A stretch of 63,911 nt of DNA, filler included, from Reclinomonas americana ATCC 50394 (lineage: Eukaryota), in NCBI GenBank assembly GCA_048213135.1. It is 9 parts of 4 records of this genome, joined end to end, with 100 filler letters (N's around TTAATTAATTAA, not from the genome) between each part and the next. Parts side by side here need not be neighbours in the genome. Positions count along the whole stretch, not along the records: positions 13,196 to 26,383 come from PS015357.1; positions 26,484 to 38,014 come from PS015357.1; 7 more parts are not named here. The stretch is one strand, 5' to 3'. Below are positions 22,932 to 33,877 of this stretch, one piece after another. A program made the translations under genes and the position numbers. Each line of letters opens with the position of its first letter. Position 1 is the first letter of the stretch. Below the pieces are notes generated by a model. That model was not told where the DNA came from. It did no database searches and worked only from the letters and a program-made list of their open reading frames with translations.

Positions 22932-23738
22932 ATGCAGATGCTTTCGACCCTTGAACTGAGCCCGCAGACGCTGGACGCCGAAGCTCCCGTTCGCATCGCC
23001 GTCAAGAACCTCGATTTCTATTACGGCGAGCACAAGGCGCTGAAGAACATCAATCTCGACTTCCGTGACCGCCACGTCACCGCGCTGATCGGCCCCTCGG
23101 GCTGCGGCAAGTCGACCCTGCTGCGCATCTTCAACCGCATCTATTCGCTCTATCCCGAGCAGAAGGCCACCGGCGAGATCCTGCTCGACGGCCGCAACAT
23201 CATCGGCAACGACGTCGACGTGAACGAATTGCGCTCGCGCGTCGGCATGGTCTTCCAGAAGCCGACGCCGTTCCCGATGTCGATCTACGACAATGTCGCC
23301 TTCGGCATCCGCCTCTACGAGAAGCCGCCGAAGTCCGAGCTCGACGATCGTGTCGAGGGCGCGCTGCGCCGCTCCGCGCTCTGGGACGAGGTCAAGGACA
23401 AGCTGAAGAGCTCCGGCATGGGCCTCTCCGGCGGCCAGCAGCAGCGCCTGTGCATCGCCCGCACCATCGCCCAGAAGCCCGAGGTCATCCTGTTCGACGA
23501 GCCGACCTCGGCGCTCGACCCGATCTCGACCGGCAAGATCGAAGACCTGCTCGAGCAGCTGAAGAGCGACTTCACCATCGTCATCGTCACCCACAACATG
23601 CAGCAGGCGGCGCGCATCTCGCAGTACACCGCCTTCATGTATCTCGGTGAGGTCATCGAGTTCGACGCCACCAACACCATCTTCATGAACCCGCACAAGA
23701 AGCAGACGCAGGACTACGTCACCGGCCGTTTCGGCTGA
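22932..23738 (+). CDS. pstB: Phosphate ABC transporter ATPase
   Basis: [40 protein letters not shown]. Confidence 0.97.
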   Translation: MQMLSTLELSPQTLDAEAPVRIAVKNLDFYYGEHKALKNINLDFRDRHVTALIGPSGCGKSTLLRIFNRIYSLYPEQKATGEILLDGRNIIGNDVDVNELRSRVGMVFQKPTPFPMSIYDNVAFGIRLYEKPPKSELDDRVEGALRRSALWDEVKDKLKSSGMGLSGGQQQRLCIARTIAQKPEVILFDEPTSALDPISTGKIEDLLEQLKSDFTIVIVTHNMQQAARISQYTAFMYLGEVIEFDATNTIFMNPHKKQTQDYVTGRFG

Positions 23739-23778
23739 CGTCCTGAAATCGTCGGCCAGCCCCGAAGGATACGCCCCG

Positions 23779-24501
23779 ATGTCCGACCATATCGTCCGCT
23801 CCTATGATGCCGATCTCGAAGGGCTGCGTCGCAGCATCGCCGAGATGGGCGGCATGTCCGAGCGCATGCTCGGCGACTCCACCGTGGCGCTGGTGCGCCG
23901 CGACACCGCGCTGGCCCAGAAGATCATCAGCGCCGACCAGCGCCTCGACAATCTCCAGCGCGAGGTCGAGGAGAAGGCGGTGCTGACCATCGCCCGGCGC
24001 CAGCCGCTCGCCAACGACTTGCGCGAGCTGATCTCGGCGATCCGCATCGCCGCCGACATCGAGCGCGTCGGCGATCTCGCCAAGAACATCGCCAAGCGCG
24101 CCGTCGCGATCTCCGGCCAGTTCTCGCCGCCCCATCGCGCCGTCGTCGGCCTCGAGCATATGAGCCGCCTGGTCCAGGCCCAGCTCAAGGACGTGCTCGA
24201 CGCCTATGCCGCCAGCAATGAGCAGAAGGCCATGGAGGTCTGGCGCCGCGACGACGAGATCGACGCGCTCTACACCTCGCTGTTCCGCGAGCTCCTGACC
24301 TATATGATGGAGGATCCGCGCAACATCACCTTCTGCACGCACCTGCTGTTCTGCGCCAAGAACGTCGAGCGCATCGGCGACCACACCACCAACATCGCCG
24401 AGACCATCCACTACCTCGTCACCGGCCAGTCCATGGACGAGAACCGGCCGAAGCTCGACACCACCAACATCCTCGTCGACCTGCCGGCAGCCAATGGCTG
24501 A
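23779..24501 (+). CDS. phoU: Phosphate signalling protein PhoU
   Basis: RRQPLANDLR, ERVGDLAKNIA, ERIGDHTTNIAE. Confidence 0.97.
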   Translation: MSDHIVRSYDADLEGLRRSIAEMGGMSERMLGDSTVALVRRDTALAQKIISADQRLDNLQREVEEKAVLTIARRQPLANDLRELISAIRIAADIERVGDLAKNIAKRAVAISGQFSPPHRAVVGLEHMSRLVQAQLKDVLDAYAASNEQKAMEVWRRDDEIDALYTSLFRELLTYMMEDPRNITFCTHLLFCAKNVERIGDHTTNIAETIHYLVTGQSMDENRPKLDTTNILVDLPAANG

Positions 24502-24533
24502 ACCGGCGGGCGGTTGAGCGAAAGCGAGACGCA

Positions 24534-24571
24534 ATGCCTGCACGCATCCTGATCGTCGAGGACGAGGAGCC
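24534..24571 (+). CDS. phoB: Response regulator PhoB, first 12 codons
   Basis: MPARILIVEDEE directly after phoU. Confidence 0.8.
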
Positions 24572-24978
24572 NNNNNNNNNNNNNNNNNNNNNNNNNNNNN
24601 NNNNNNNNNNNNNNNNNNNNNNNNNNNNNNNNNNNNNNNNNNNNNNNNNNNNNNNNNNNNNNNNNNNNNNNNNNNNNNNNNNNNNNNNNNNNNNNNNNNN
24701 NNNNNNNNNNNNNNNNNNNNNNNNNNNNNNNNNNNNNNNNNNNNNNNNNNNNNNNNNNNNNNNNNNNNNNNNNNNNNNNNNNNNNNNNNNNNNNNNNNNN
24801 NNNNNNNNNNNNNNNNNNNNNNNNNNNNNNNNNNNNNNNNNNNNNNNNNNNNNNNNNNNNNNNNNNNNNNNNNNNNNNNNNNNNNNNNNNNNNNNNNNNN
24901 NNNNNNNNNNNNNNNNNNNNNNNNNNNNNNNNNNNNNNNNNNNNNNNNNNNNNNNNNNNNNNNNNNNNNNNNNNNNNN

Positions 24979-25104
24979 CCCGATGACGGCGTTACGCGTG
25001 ACATTGCCGAGCTCGGCGGCGATCTGGCTCGCGCTCAGGCCGTCATTCCAGAGCTTCTTGAGCAGTCCGACGCGTTCGTCGGTCCAGGCTCCGGCTTCGG
25101 TCAT
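24979..25104 (-). CDS. gcrA: Cell-cycle regulator GcrA, N-terminal part
   Basis: WTDERVGLLKKLWNDGLSASQIAAELGNVTRNAVIG; conserved phoB-gcrA-argD synteny. Confidence 0.93.
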
Positions 25105-25765
25105 GGGGTTGCACCTGTCTTCGTCATGCTTCGCCAGCGGGCCGGCGAGGCATAGGGAGAGATCATGGCGGAATCCGATACCGGCAGCGTCCGTCACAAA
25201 ACGGAAGCCGTTACGCCCGGAACTGACGATACTGGAGACGCCGCACGAGATGTCGTATCTGACGAAAAAGACCATACAAGATGGCCTGACTCGGCCACAA
25301 GAGTCACCGAATCCTAATTCGGCTTTTCCCCAGCCAATCGCCGCAGATGGTCCGGCAGTGAGTCCAATCGGCAACGCTGCCGCGAGAGCCGGATCCGATC
25401 AGGGGCCTACACACTGATCGGTGAATCCGTCTCTCGCTTTTAGAATGGAGGCCGTTTTATCCCAACGGCTTGCGGGGCAAGGCCGTTGGGACGGGCTCCA
25501 GGTCAGGCGCAATTGACAGGGCCGGGCCGGTTTTGCATAGTCGCGCGACGCAGCCGCCCCCAATGGGCGGCGCTTATGTTTTTGAGCGATCGGGATTTTC
25601 CTTCGATGCGGCTTGACGCGCGACGAGACGGCGGGAACGGCCAGCGACGATAATGTCGCCGGCGGGTCGCATCGTGCCGGCATCATGCCGCCTTGCGTCC
25701 CACCCTGCCGTTCCCGGCCCGAGATTCCGCGCTACCCTCCTGTCTCGCCGCAAGGATTTCGCTCC

Positions 25766-26383
25766 ATGAGCACCGCTTCCGCTTCTTCCGTTCTCCTGCC
25801 GACCTATGCCCGGGCCCCGATCGCGCTCGAGCGCGGCGAAGGCGCCTGGGCGATCACCGCCGACGGCACTCGCTATCTCGATTTCGGCGCCGGCATCGCC
25901 GTCAATGCGCTCGGTCACGCCCATCCGCATCTGGTCGAGGCGCTGACCCAGCAGGCTCAGCGGATCTGGCACACCTCGAACCTCTACACGATGCCCGACG
26001 GCGAGAAGCTCGCGCGCCGGCTCTGCGAGGCGACCTTCGCCGAACGCGTCTTCTTCACCAATTCGGGCGCCGAGGCGAACGAGTGCGCGATCAAGATGGC
26101 GCGCAAGTACCACGCCGCTAAGGGCCATCCCGAGCGCTACCGGATCGTCACCTTCGAGGGCGCCTTCCATGGCCGCACCCTCGCGACCATCGCCGCCGGC
26201 GGCCAGCAGAAATACATCGACGGCTTCGGCCCCAAGGTCGACGGCTTCGACCAGGTGCCCTTCGACGACGAGGCCGCGCTGAAGGCCGCGATCGGCCCTG
26301 AGACCGCCGCGCTGATGATCGAGCCGATCCAGGGCGAGGGCGGCCTGCGCTCGGTGCCGATGCGCTTCCTGAAGCGCCTGCGC
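25766..26383 (+). CDS. argD: Acetylornithine aminotransferase, partial
   Basis: [46 protein letters not shown]. Confidence 0.93.
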
Positions 26384-26483
26384 NNNNNNNNNNNNNNNNN
26401 NNNNNNNNNNNNNNNNNNNNNNNNNNNTTAATTAATTAANNNNNNNNNNNNNNNNNNNNNNNNNNNNNNNNNNNNNNNNNNNN

Positions 26484-26646
26484 GGCCGAGCTGGAGATCG
26501 CCGCTATCCGGCGGCGGCGCATTCCGCACCACCCGTGTGCGCATCACCGGAGCGGGCTCGGAAACGGACACGGGCTCCTCGCGCGAGACGCAGCCACCGA
26601 GCAGGGTGACGAGGATGGCGGCCGCGCCGACATGATAGCGGTTCAT
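26484..26646 (-). CDS. Putative lipoprotein, N-terminal fragment
   Basis: MNRYHVGAAAILVTLLGGC lipobox. Confidence 0.55.
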
Positions 26647-26743
26647 GGTTTTTCCAATGCGGGAGGCGCGGGCGACCGCAGCCGGACAGATGCGCCGCAA
26701 CCTGCATGAGCCGCGCGATCCGCGCAAGCTCCTGAAGCGAGCC

Positions 26744-27487
26744 TCAGCGGTGCGTCAGCCGCCGGTCGAAGCGCATCATCAGCGCGTTGCAGGTCACCGC
26801 GAAGACGGTCAGCAGCAACGCGATCGCCATGATCGTGTCGATCTGGCCGAGATTGATCGCGCCGGTCAGCAGGAAGCCGAGGCCGCGCTGCGATGCGAAC
26901 ATCTCGCCGATCAGCACGCCGAGCAGCGTAAGCGAGAAGCCGAGCCGCACCCCCGAGATGATCTCGGGCAGGATTGCCGGCATGATCACGGTGAAGGCAT
27001 TTTGCGCGGGCGAGAGCCGCATCACCTGCGAGGTCCGGCGATAGACCGGCTTCATCTGGCGGATGGCGTTCATCGAAAACAGCGTGATCGGGATCAGCCC
27101 GTGCATCACGCCGAAGGCGATCTTGGCGGAGATGCCGAGGCCGAAGCCGAGCAGCACCAGGGGATAGAGCACGACCTTGGGGATCGAATAGAGCGTCGTC
27201 AGGATCGGCTCGGCGACATTGCCGGCGAGCTTGCGCACGCCGAGCACGATGCCGAGCGCGATCCCGCCGAAAAGCGAGATCGCGAAGGCTGCGACGAAGG
27301 CCCGCATCGTCTCGGAAATGTTGAGCCAGAACTCGCCGCTCGCGAGCAGGGCGGCAAGCTTCGTGACCGTCTGCAGGGGTGAGGCCAGCGAGGAGGCGCC
27401 GACCAGCAGATGCAGGCCCTGCCAGAGAACGAGCAGCGCGAGCAGAACGAGCAGCGTGCCGGCGGAGCGTGGCATGAGAGCTGTCAT
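26744..27487 (-). CDS. ABC transporter permease (SsuC/TauC type)
   Basis: YSIPKVVLYPL, LIGEMFASQRGLG. Confidence 0.9.
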   Translation of the reverse strand: MTALMPRSAGTLLVLLALLVLWQGLHLLVGASSLASPLQTVTKLAALLASGEFWLNISETMRAFVAAFAISLFGGIALGIVLGVRKLAGNVAEPILTTLYSIPKVVLYPLVLLGFGLGISAKIAFGVMHGLIPITLFSMNAIRQMKPVYRRTSQVMRLSPAQNAFTVIMPAILPEIISGVRLGFSLTLLGVLIGEMFASQRGLGFLLTGAINLGQIDTIMAIALLLTVFAVTCNALMMRFDRRLTHR

Positions 27488-27491
27488 GGCG

Positions 27492-28238
27492 TCACCGCTG
27501 CCTGCGCGCCTGGAGGCGCCGGTCGATCACATTGAGGAAGGTGTTCACGATGGTGACGACGATGAGAACGAGCAGCATCAGGGCGTACATGTGCCCGTTC
27601 TCGAAGAGGTTGTAGGCATAGGCGATGGCGTAACCGACGCCGGCGCCCGACAGAATGAATTCCGAGGCGATGACGCCGATGAAGGAATAGGCGACCGAGA
27701 GCTTGACCCCGGTGAAGAGATAGGGCGTTGCCGCTGGCAGCTCGATCAGCAGTGCCGTCTTGACCCGCGACATCCGGTAGATCTGCCCGGTCTTGCGCAG
27801 CACGCGCGGGATGCGGTCGAGCCCGTTCAGCGTGGCTGTCACCATCGAGACGACGGCGAGCAGCACGGCGATCGCGATGATCGAGGCCGAGCCGACCCCG
27901 AACAGAGTGATGAAGATCGGATAGAAGACGAAAGTCGGGACGGCGTAGTAGCTCGCCAGCAGCGGCTCGATCGCGTTGCGCAGGCCGGGCAGCGAATAGA
28001 TGACGACACCGGCGGCGAAGCCGAGCAGCACCGAGAGCACGGTCGAGATCGCGATATTCGTGAAGGTGATCCTGATATCGGCGGAGAACTGACCGGAGGC
28101 GAGGATCTTGCCGAGCTCGACCACCATGTCGGAGGGGGCGATCATCACCATGCGCGGGATGATGCCGAAGCGGCAGAGCGCTTCGACCAGCAGGATCATC
28201 GCGACGACAACGATGACCCGCAGCAGCTTCTCGGACAT
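27492..28238 (-). CDS. ABC transporter permease (SsuC/TauC type)
   Basis: YYAVPTFVFYP, IASEFILSGAGVG. Confidence 0.9.
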   Translation of the reverse strand: MSEKLLRVIVVVAMILLVEALCRFGIIPRMVMIAPSDMVVELGKILASGQFSADIRITFTNIAISTVLSVLLGFAAGVVIYSLPGLRNAIEPLLASYYAVPTFVFYPIFITLFGVGSASIIAIAVLLAVVSMVTATLNGLDRIPRVLRKTGQIYRMSRVKTALLIELPAATPYLFTGVKLSVAYSFIGVIASEFILSGAGVGYAIAYAYNLFENGHMYALMLLVLIVVTIVNTFLNVIDRRLQARRQR

Positions 28239-28241
28239 GGC

Positions 28242-29406
28242 TCAGCCCTTCCCGGCCGACATGATCTTCAGCGCCTCGATCCGGAGCTTCTCCCAGAGGC
28301 GGGCGGTGATGTCGCCGAAATGCGGGGTCGAGACGACGCGGCTGTCGCGATCCTTCTCCCAGCCGGTCTCGACGAAATCGATGAAGATGCCGGGCCGGGT
28401 CGACATCACGCCGACCCGGTCGGAGAGCATCGCCGCTTCGTCGAGAGCGTGGGTGATCAGGAGGATCGTCGCAGAGGTCTCGCGCCAGAGCCGCAGCAGT
28501 TCGTCCCCCATCAGCAGCCGGGTCTGCTGGTCGAGCGCGCCGAAGGGCTCGTCGAGCAGGATCAGCCGGGGCTGCATCACCAGGGTCCGGGCGATGCAGA
28601 CGCGCTGGCGCATGCCGCCGGAGAGCTGGACCGGATAGGACGCCGCGAAGTCCTTCAAGCCCATGAAGCCGACGGCGTAGTCGACGCGCCTTGCGATCTC
28701 AGCCGGGTCGACCCCGGCCCGGCGCAAACCGAAGGCGACGTTGTCGCGGACATTGAGCCAGGGAAAGGAGGCGTCTTCCTGGAAGACGACGCCGACGCCG
28801 TCGGGCACGCCCTGGATCGGCTTGCCCTCGAATTCGGCAGTGCCCGATTGCGGGGCGCTGAGGCCGGCGAGGATGTCGAGCAGGGTCGACTTGCCGCAGC
28901 CGGAGGGGCCGACCACCGAGAAGAACTCGCCCTTGGCCAGGTCGAGATCGACCGGACCGAGCGCATGCAGGGTCGATTTCGGGAGATCGAAGACCCGGGT
29001 GACCGCCGCGCGAGCCGTGGCATGGGCCGTGGGCGGCGGCGTGGGGCGCGGAGCGGCACGACCGTTGGCNNNNNNNNNNNNNNNNNNNNNNNNNNNNNNN
29101 NNNNNNNNNNNNNNNNNNNNNNNNNNNNNNNNNNNNNNNNNNNNNNNNNNNNNNNNNNNNNNNNNNNNNNNNNNNNNNNNNNNNNNNNNNNNNNNNNNNN
29201 NNNNNNNNNNNNNNNNNNNNNNNNNNNNNNNNNNNNNNNNNNNNNNNNNNNNNNNNNNNNNNNNNNNNNNNNNNNNNNNNNNNNNNNNNNNNNNNNNNNN
29301 NNNNNNNNNNNNNNNNNNNNNNNNNNNNNNNNNNNNNNNNNCGTTGGGCCTGGGCGGCGGCGTGGGGCGCGAGCGGCACGACCTTGGCCCCTGACGCCGC
29401 GGTCAT
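28242..29406 (-). CDS. ABC transporter ATPase (SsuB/TauB type); internal gap is a false gap
   Basis: [25 protein letters not shown]. The start MTAASGAKVVP overlaps the SBP stop. The flanks of gap 29070-29341 are near-duplicate. Confidence 0.88.
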
Positions 29407-30392
29407 TGCTTGGCCTGGAGGTCGGCGGGCAGATAGGTCTTGTCGAGCACGGTCGACCAGTCGACGTCGCTCTTGACCTCGCCGATCAGCTTCAGGCCCT
29501 CGACCATGCGGTTGAGCTCCTCGACGTTGAACTCGCCCTCGCTCCACATCTTCGGCGGGATCATGTTGTCGACCGCTTCCTTGGCGATCGGCGCGTCGAG
29601 CTTGTAGAGCTTCTCGATGATCTTGGCGGTCTCGGCCGGATCCTTGTAGATCGCCTGCACGCCGGCGCGGCGCCCGGCGATGATCGCCTTGAGCTTCTCC
29701 GGGTTCTCCTGGGCGAACTTGCGCGTGGTGATGCCGACCGAGGTCGTCATCGGCTTCAGGATGTCGCCGGCCTTGTAGAGCGTGCGGTACTTGTCCTTGC
29801 GGATGATCGAGAGCGGCTCGATCAGCACCGAGCCGACGACGGCGTTCTGCTCGAGCATGGTCAGCGCCGGAACATAGCCGCCGGCGGCGACGCGCTGGAC
29901 CTTGCTCTGGTCGACGCCCTTCTCGCGCAGCACCATCAGCAGCAGCATCTCGGAGACCGATTTCGGCGAGGTGATCGCGACCTTCTTGCCGGCCAGGTCC
30001 TCGACGCCCTTGAGCTCGGAATTCGGCATCACGACCATCGAGGCCTCGGCGACGCTGCGCGTCCCGGTATTGACGATGATCAGGTCGAGCCCCTGGGCCT
30101 TGGCAGCGAGCGCAGCCGAGACGGCGACTTCGCCATAGGGCGTCGCGCTGGCGAGGATGTTGCGCACCGTGGTGCCGCCGCCGCCGGAGCCGATGATGCC
30201 GGTGATGTCGATGCCGGCCTGCTTGAACAGGCCCTTCTCCATCGCCACCGCATAGGGCGCGCCATAGAGGCTTGCGCCCCATTGGGTGACGGAAATCTCC
30301 TCGGCGCGTGCCGGCGCCTGCACGGTGAGGACCGCTGCAGCGGCAATGGCCGCGAGACGATTGAACGAGGTCAGGCCAAGCCAGGCGGTCAT
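29403..30392 (-). CDS. ABC substrate-binding protein (NMT1/SsuA-like)
   Basis: Signal peptide, AMEKGLFKQAGID, GGGTTVR, DLAGKKVAIT. Confidence 0.88.
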   Translation of the reverse strand: MTAWLGLTSFNRLAAIAAAAVLTVQAPARAEEISVTQWGASLYGAPYAVAMEKGLFKQAGIDITGIIGSGGGGTTVRNILASATPYGEVAVSAALAAKAQGLDLIIVNTGTRSVAEASMVVMPNSELKGVEDLAGKKVAITSPKSVSEMLLLMVLREKGVDQSKVQRVAAGGYVPALTMLEQNAVVGSVLIEPLSIIRKDKYRTLYKAGDILKPMTTSVGITTRKFAQENPEKLKAIIAGRRAGVQAIYKDPAETAKIIEKLYKLDAPIAKEAVDNMIPPKMWSEGEFNVEELNRMVEGLKLIGEVKSDVDWSTVLDKTYLPADLQAKQ

Positions 30393-30460
30393 GTCACTCT
30401 CCCATTGTGCCACGCCGCCGATCGTTATCGTTGCAGCGGATCGGACGCTCGCGTCCAAAT

Positions 30461-30777
30461 TTCATTTGTATGCAAACAACGATCTCAACGGATTTCAAGC
30501 TTGTCAAGCGATTTGAGATCGACCATTTGCAAACTGCCGACGGCAGTCGGGGAGCGAGACTATCGCGCTCGAATCCGTTCGCAACTGCGAAATGAGATTG
30601 GGTTCAACGGCCGTCGCTGGGCGCAGATTCGACGAAAAGTGAAAGAGTTCGATCGGACGTAGACCAATCCGTGGCGCGGCACAAAGCGCAGGCCGGCCCC
30701 AACCGACTCGCGCCATCGCCGGCAATCCGACAACTGCCGCTGGAAAGGGCACGGCGGCTTCATTTGTATGCAAATGA
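30461..30777. promoter_or_regulatory. Two copies of a GntR/FadR-type operator TTCATTTGTATGCAAA (30461-30476, 30759-30774)
   Basis: Exact 16-bp repeat; the second copy extends to the near-palindrome TCATTTGTATGCAAATGA. Confidence 0.65.
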
Positions 30778-31705
30778 TATCGGAGGCATCTATCATCCGN
30801 NNNNNNNNNNNNNNNNNNNNNNNNNNNNNNNNNNNNNNNNNNNNNNNNNNNNNNNNNNNNNNNNNNNNNNNNNNNNNNNNNNNNNNNNNNNNNNNNNNNN
30901 NNNNNNNNNNNNNNNNNNNNNNNNNNNNNNNNNNNNNNNNNNNNNNNNNNNNNNNNNNNNNNNNNNNNNNNNNNNNNNNNNNNNNNNNNNNNNNNNNNNN
31001 NNNNNNNNNNNNNNNNNNNNNNNNNNNNNNNNNNNNNNNNNNNNNNNNNNNNNNNNNNNNNNNNNNNNNNNNNNNNNNNNNNNNNNNNNNNNNNNNNNNN
31101 NNNNNNNNNNNNNNNNNNNNNNNNNNNNNNNNNNNNNNNNNNNNNNNNNNNNNNNNNNNNNNNNNNNNNNNNNNNNNNNNNNNNNNNNNNNNNNNNNNNN
31201 NNNNNNNNNNNNNNNNNNNNNNNNNNNNNNNNNNNNNNNNNNNNNNNNNNNNNNNNNNNNNNNNNNNNNNNNNNNNNNNNNNNNNNNNNNNNNNNNNNNN
31301 NNNNNNNNNNNNNNNNNNNNNNNNNNNNNNNNNNNNNNNNNNNNNNNNNNNNNNNNNNNNNNNNNNNNNNNNNNNNNNNNNNNNNNNNNNNNNNNNNNNN
31401 NNNNNNNNNNNNNNNNNNNNNNNNNNNNNNNNNNNNNNNNNNNNNNNNNNNNNNNNNNNNNNNNNNNNNNNNNNNNNNNNNNNNNNNNNNNNNNNNNNNN
31501 NNNNNNNNNNNNNNNNNNNNNNNNNNNNNNNNNNNNNNNNNNNNNNNNNNNNNNNNNNNNNNNNNNNNNNNNNNNNNNNNNNNNNNNNNNNNNNNNNNNN
31601 NNNNNNNNNNNNNNNNNNNNNNNNNNNNNNNNNNNNNNNNNNNNNNNNNNNNNNNNNNNNNNNNNNNNNNNNNNNNNNNNNNNNNNNNNNNNNNNNNNNN
31701 NNNNN

Positions 31706-33130
31706 GCCCGCACCGGCACGAACTGGCTGCAGAAGGCGCTTGCCTTCATCCTGGTCGCGGTTCTGTCCGTGACCGGCACGCTCGCGCCGACGCTGACCCT
31801 GGTCGGCGTGATGCTGACGCTGGGGCCGGTCTTTTTCGGCGCCGTGATCCTGCGGCTCGCGGCGCTGATGGAGCGGCCGACCATCGATCTTTGGCGCGAG
31901 CATCGCTGGCAGATCGATGACAGCCGCCTTCCCGTCTACACCGTCGCCGTCCCGATCTTCGGCGAAGAGGCCGTGCTGGATCAGCTGATCGACGCCCTGG
32001 CGGCCATCGACTATCCCGCCGCCAAGCTCGACATCCGCATTCTCGTCGAGGAGATCGACTGGGGCCTGCGCCGTGCCCTCGCGGCTCGCGAGCTGCCGCC
32101 CTTCATGCAGGTCGTGATCGTGCCGCGCGGGGCTCCGCAGACCAAGCCCCGCGCGCTCAACGTCGCGCTGGCCGAGGCGCGCGGCGAACTCTTCACCATC
32201 TTCGATGCCGAAGACATTCCCGATCCCCGCCAGCTGCGCCTGGCGGCGGCGCGCTTCCTGCGCTCCGATGCCGATCTCGTCTGCCTTCAGGCCCATCTCG
32301 TCATCGACAACACCGAGGATGGCTGGCTCGCCGGCTGCTTCGCGCTCGAATATGCCGGGCTGTTCGACGTGCTGAATCCCGGCTTGCTGCAATCGGGCCT
32401 GCCGATCATGCTGGGTGGCACCTCGAACCATTTCCGGACGCAAGCGCTGCGGCGCGTCGGCGGCTGGGACCCCTGGAATGTCACCGAGGATGCCGATATC
32501 GGTTTCAGGCTGGTGCGCACTGGCGGCTACATCGCCGATCTGCCGAGCCGCACCCTCGAGGAGGCGCCATCAAAGCTGCGGGCCTGGCTCAAGCAGCGCA
32601 CCCGCTGGTACAAGGGCTATCTGCAGACGCTGATCAGCCATCTGCTGCTGCCTGGCAGGCTGCTGAGCGAAGCCGGCCTCCTCAGCACGCTGACCTTCCT
32701 GGTGTTGACGCTGGGTACCTTGCTGGGAACCTTCTTCTACCCCGTCTTCGCGGCAGTAACGGGGACAGCCATACTGAGCGGTTCGCTGCTGTCGCCGGAC
32801 GGCCCGCTGGAGCTCCTGCTTTCCGCCGCGGCCTTGGCGCTGGCCTGCGGCGGAATCTGCGTGGTCTTCCTGATACCGGCGCTCGGCGCCTGGCGGCGTG
32901 GCGCGATCGGGCTATGGCGCTGGCTGCCGCTTCTGCCCATCTATCACCTGCTGGCCTCGCTGGCAGCGTGGCTTGCCCTGTACGAATATCTCAATGACCG
33001 CTTCGCCTGGAACAAGACGGCGCACGGCCTCGCACGGTCGTCGCGCTATCGCGATCGGGCGCGGTCCCCGGCCCTCACAGATGCCGCAGCCATTCCTGCG
33101 CCGCTTCCGCCGGCGGACGCTCGATATTGA
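31706..33130 (+). CDS. Family 2 processive-type glycosyltransferase, 5' truncated
   Basis: PQTKPRALN, IFDAED, LGGTSNHFR, NVTEDAD, KQRTRW (D,D,D,QxxRW). Confidence 0.9.
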   Translation, partial: ARTGTNWLQKALAFILVAVLSVTGTLAPTLTLVGVMLTLGPVFFGAVILRLAALMERPTIDLWREHRWQIDDSRLPVYTVAVPIFGEEAVLDQLIDALAAIDYPAAKLDIRILVEEIDWGLRRALAARELPPFMQVVIVPRGAPQTKPRALNVALAEARGELFTIFDAEDIPDPRQLRLAAARFLRSDADLVCLQAHLVIDNTEDGWLAGCFALEYAGLFDVLNPGLLQSGLPIMLGGTSNHFRTQALRRVGGWDPWNVTEDADIGFRLVRTGGYIADLPSRTLEEAPSKLRAWLKQRTRWYKGYLQTLISHLLLPGRLLSEAGLLSTLTFLVLTLGTLLGTFFYPVFAAVTGTAILSGSLLSPDGPLELLLSAAALALACGGICVVFLIPALGAWRRGAIGLWRWLPLLPIYHLLASLAAWLALYEYLNDRFAWNKTAHGLARSSRYRDRARSPALTDAAAIPAPLPPADARY

Positions 33131-33668
33131 AGGCACCGACGAAGCCGCCATTCTTGTCCATCAGATAGACCAAAGCGGTGTGGTCCATGGTGTAGTCGCC
33201 GTCCTTGAGCGGCACCTTGCGGGCATAGGCGCGATAGGCCTTGATCGTGGCGTCGACCGCGGCCCGGTCGCCGGTCAAGCCGACGATGCGCGGATCGAAG
33301 GAGCCGAGATAGCTCTTCATCGTCTCGGCCGTGTCGCGCTCTGGATCGACCGTGACGAAGAGCGCCTTGAGTGTCTCACCCTTTGGCCCCGCCGCGCGCA
33401 GCACCTCCGAGATCTCGAACAGCTTGGTCGGGCAGATGTCGGGACAATGGGTGAAGCCGAAGAAGACCAGAAACGGCGCGCCGCGCAGGTCCTTGTCGGT
33501 CAAGATTCTGCCCTCGGCGGTGGTGAGGGTGAACGGCCCGCCGACGCTGGAAGCGAGGCTCTGCCCGCCCTGGCGGGAGGCCGGCGCGAAGGTGATGAAA
33601 GCGGCAGCGGCGAGCGCGGCGGCGCCGAGCACGAAGACCAGCAGGGGCAGGAGCAGGCGGCGATTCAC
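33075..33668 (-). CDS. SCO1/SenC copper chaperone
   Basis: FGFTHCPDICP, TVDPERD, YTMDHT. Confidence 0.93.
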   Translation of the reverse strand: MNRRLLLPLLVFVLGAAALAAAAFITFAPASRQGGQSLASSVGGPFTLTTAEGRILTDKDLRGAPFLVFFGFTHCPDICPTKLFEISEVLRAAGPKGETLKALFVTVDPERDTAETMKSYLGSFDPRIVGLTGDRAAVDATIKAYRAYARKVPLKDGDYTMDHTALVYLMDKNGGFVGAFNIERPPAEAAQEWLRHL

Positions 33669-33700
33669 GGGTAGACCCTCGAAGGCGGACGGAATGCCGC

Positions 33701-33877
33701 TCAGAAGCAGGCGAGGAGCGCGGCGATCAGCCCATCGGTGAACAGCCTGTCACCCTCGCGCCACCAGAGCAGCAGGCCGGCCGCCAGCAGGAGGCCAAAG
33801 CCGCCGGCGAGCAACCAGAGGCCGGGCCTATAGGCCGGGGCGGTGTCCTGCGTATCGGTCTGCGGAGCTACGCTCAT
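33701..33877 (-). CDS. Small 58-aa membrane protein upstream of the SCO gene (absent from ORF track)
   Basis: MSVAPQTDTQDTAPAYRPGLWLLAGGFGLLLAAGLLLWWREGDRLFTDGLIAALLACF*; GC3-rich codons. Confidence 0.6.
   Translation of the reverse strand: MSVAPQTDTQDTAPAYRPGLWLLAGGFGLLLAAGLLLWWREGDRLFTDGLIAALLACF

Noticed and set aside
29031..29388. Direct repeat flanking a gap in the ABC ATPase
   Set aside because: Overlapping contig ends with small indels; a false gap, not a duplication.
27219..30662. Very long antisense or alternate-frame ORFs (also 16807-19839, 19727-21904, 45942-47807)
   Set aside because: Shadow ORFs of high-GC genes extended by N runs, with no recognisable motifs.
33075..33130. 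56-bp convergent overlap of the GT2 and SCO 3' ends
   Set aside because: A short low-complexity tail overlap, common in GC-rich genomes; no evidence of function.
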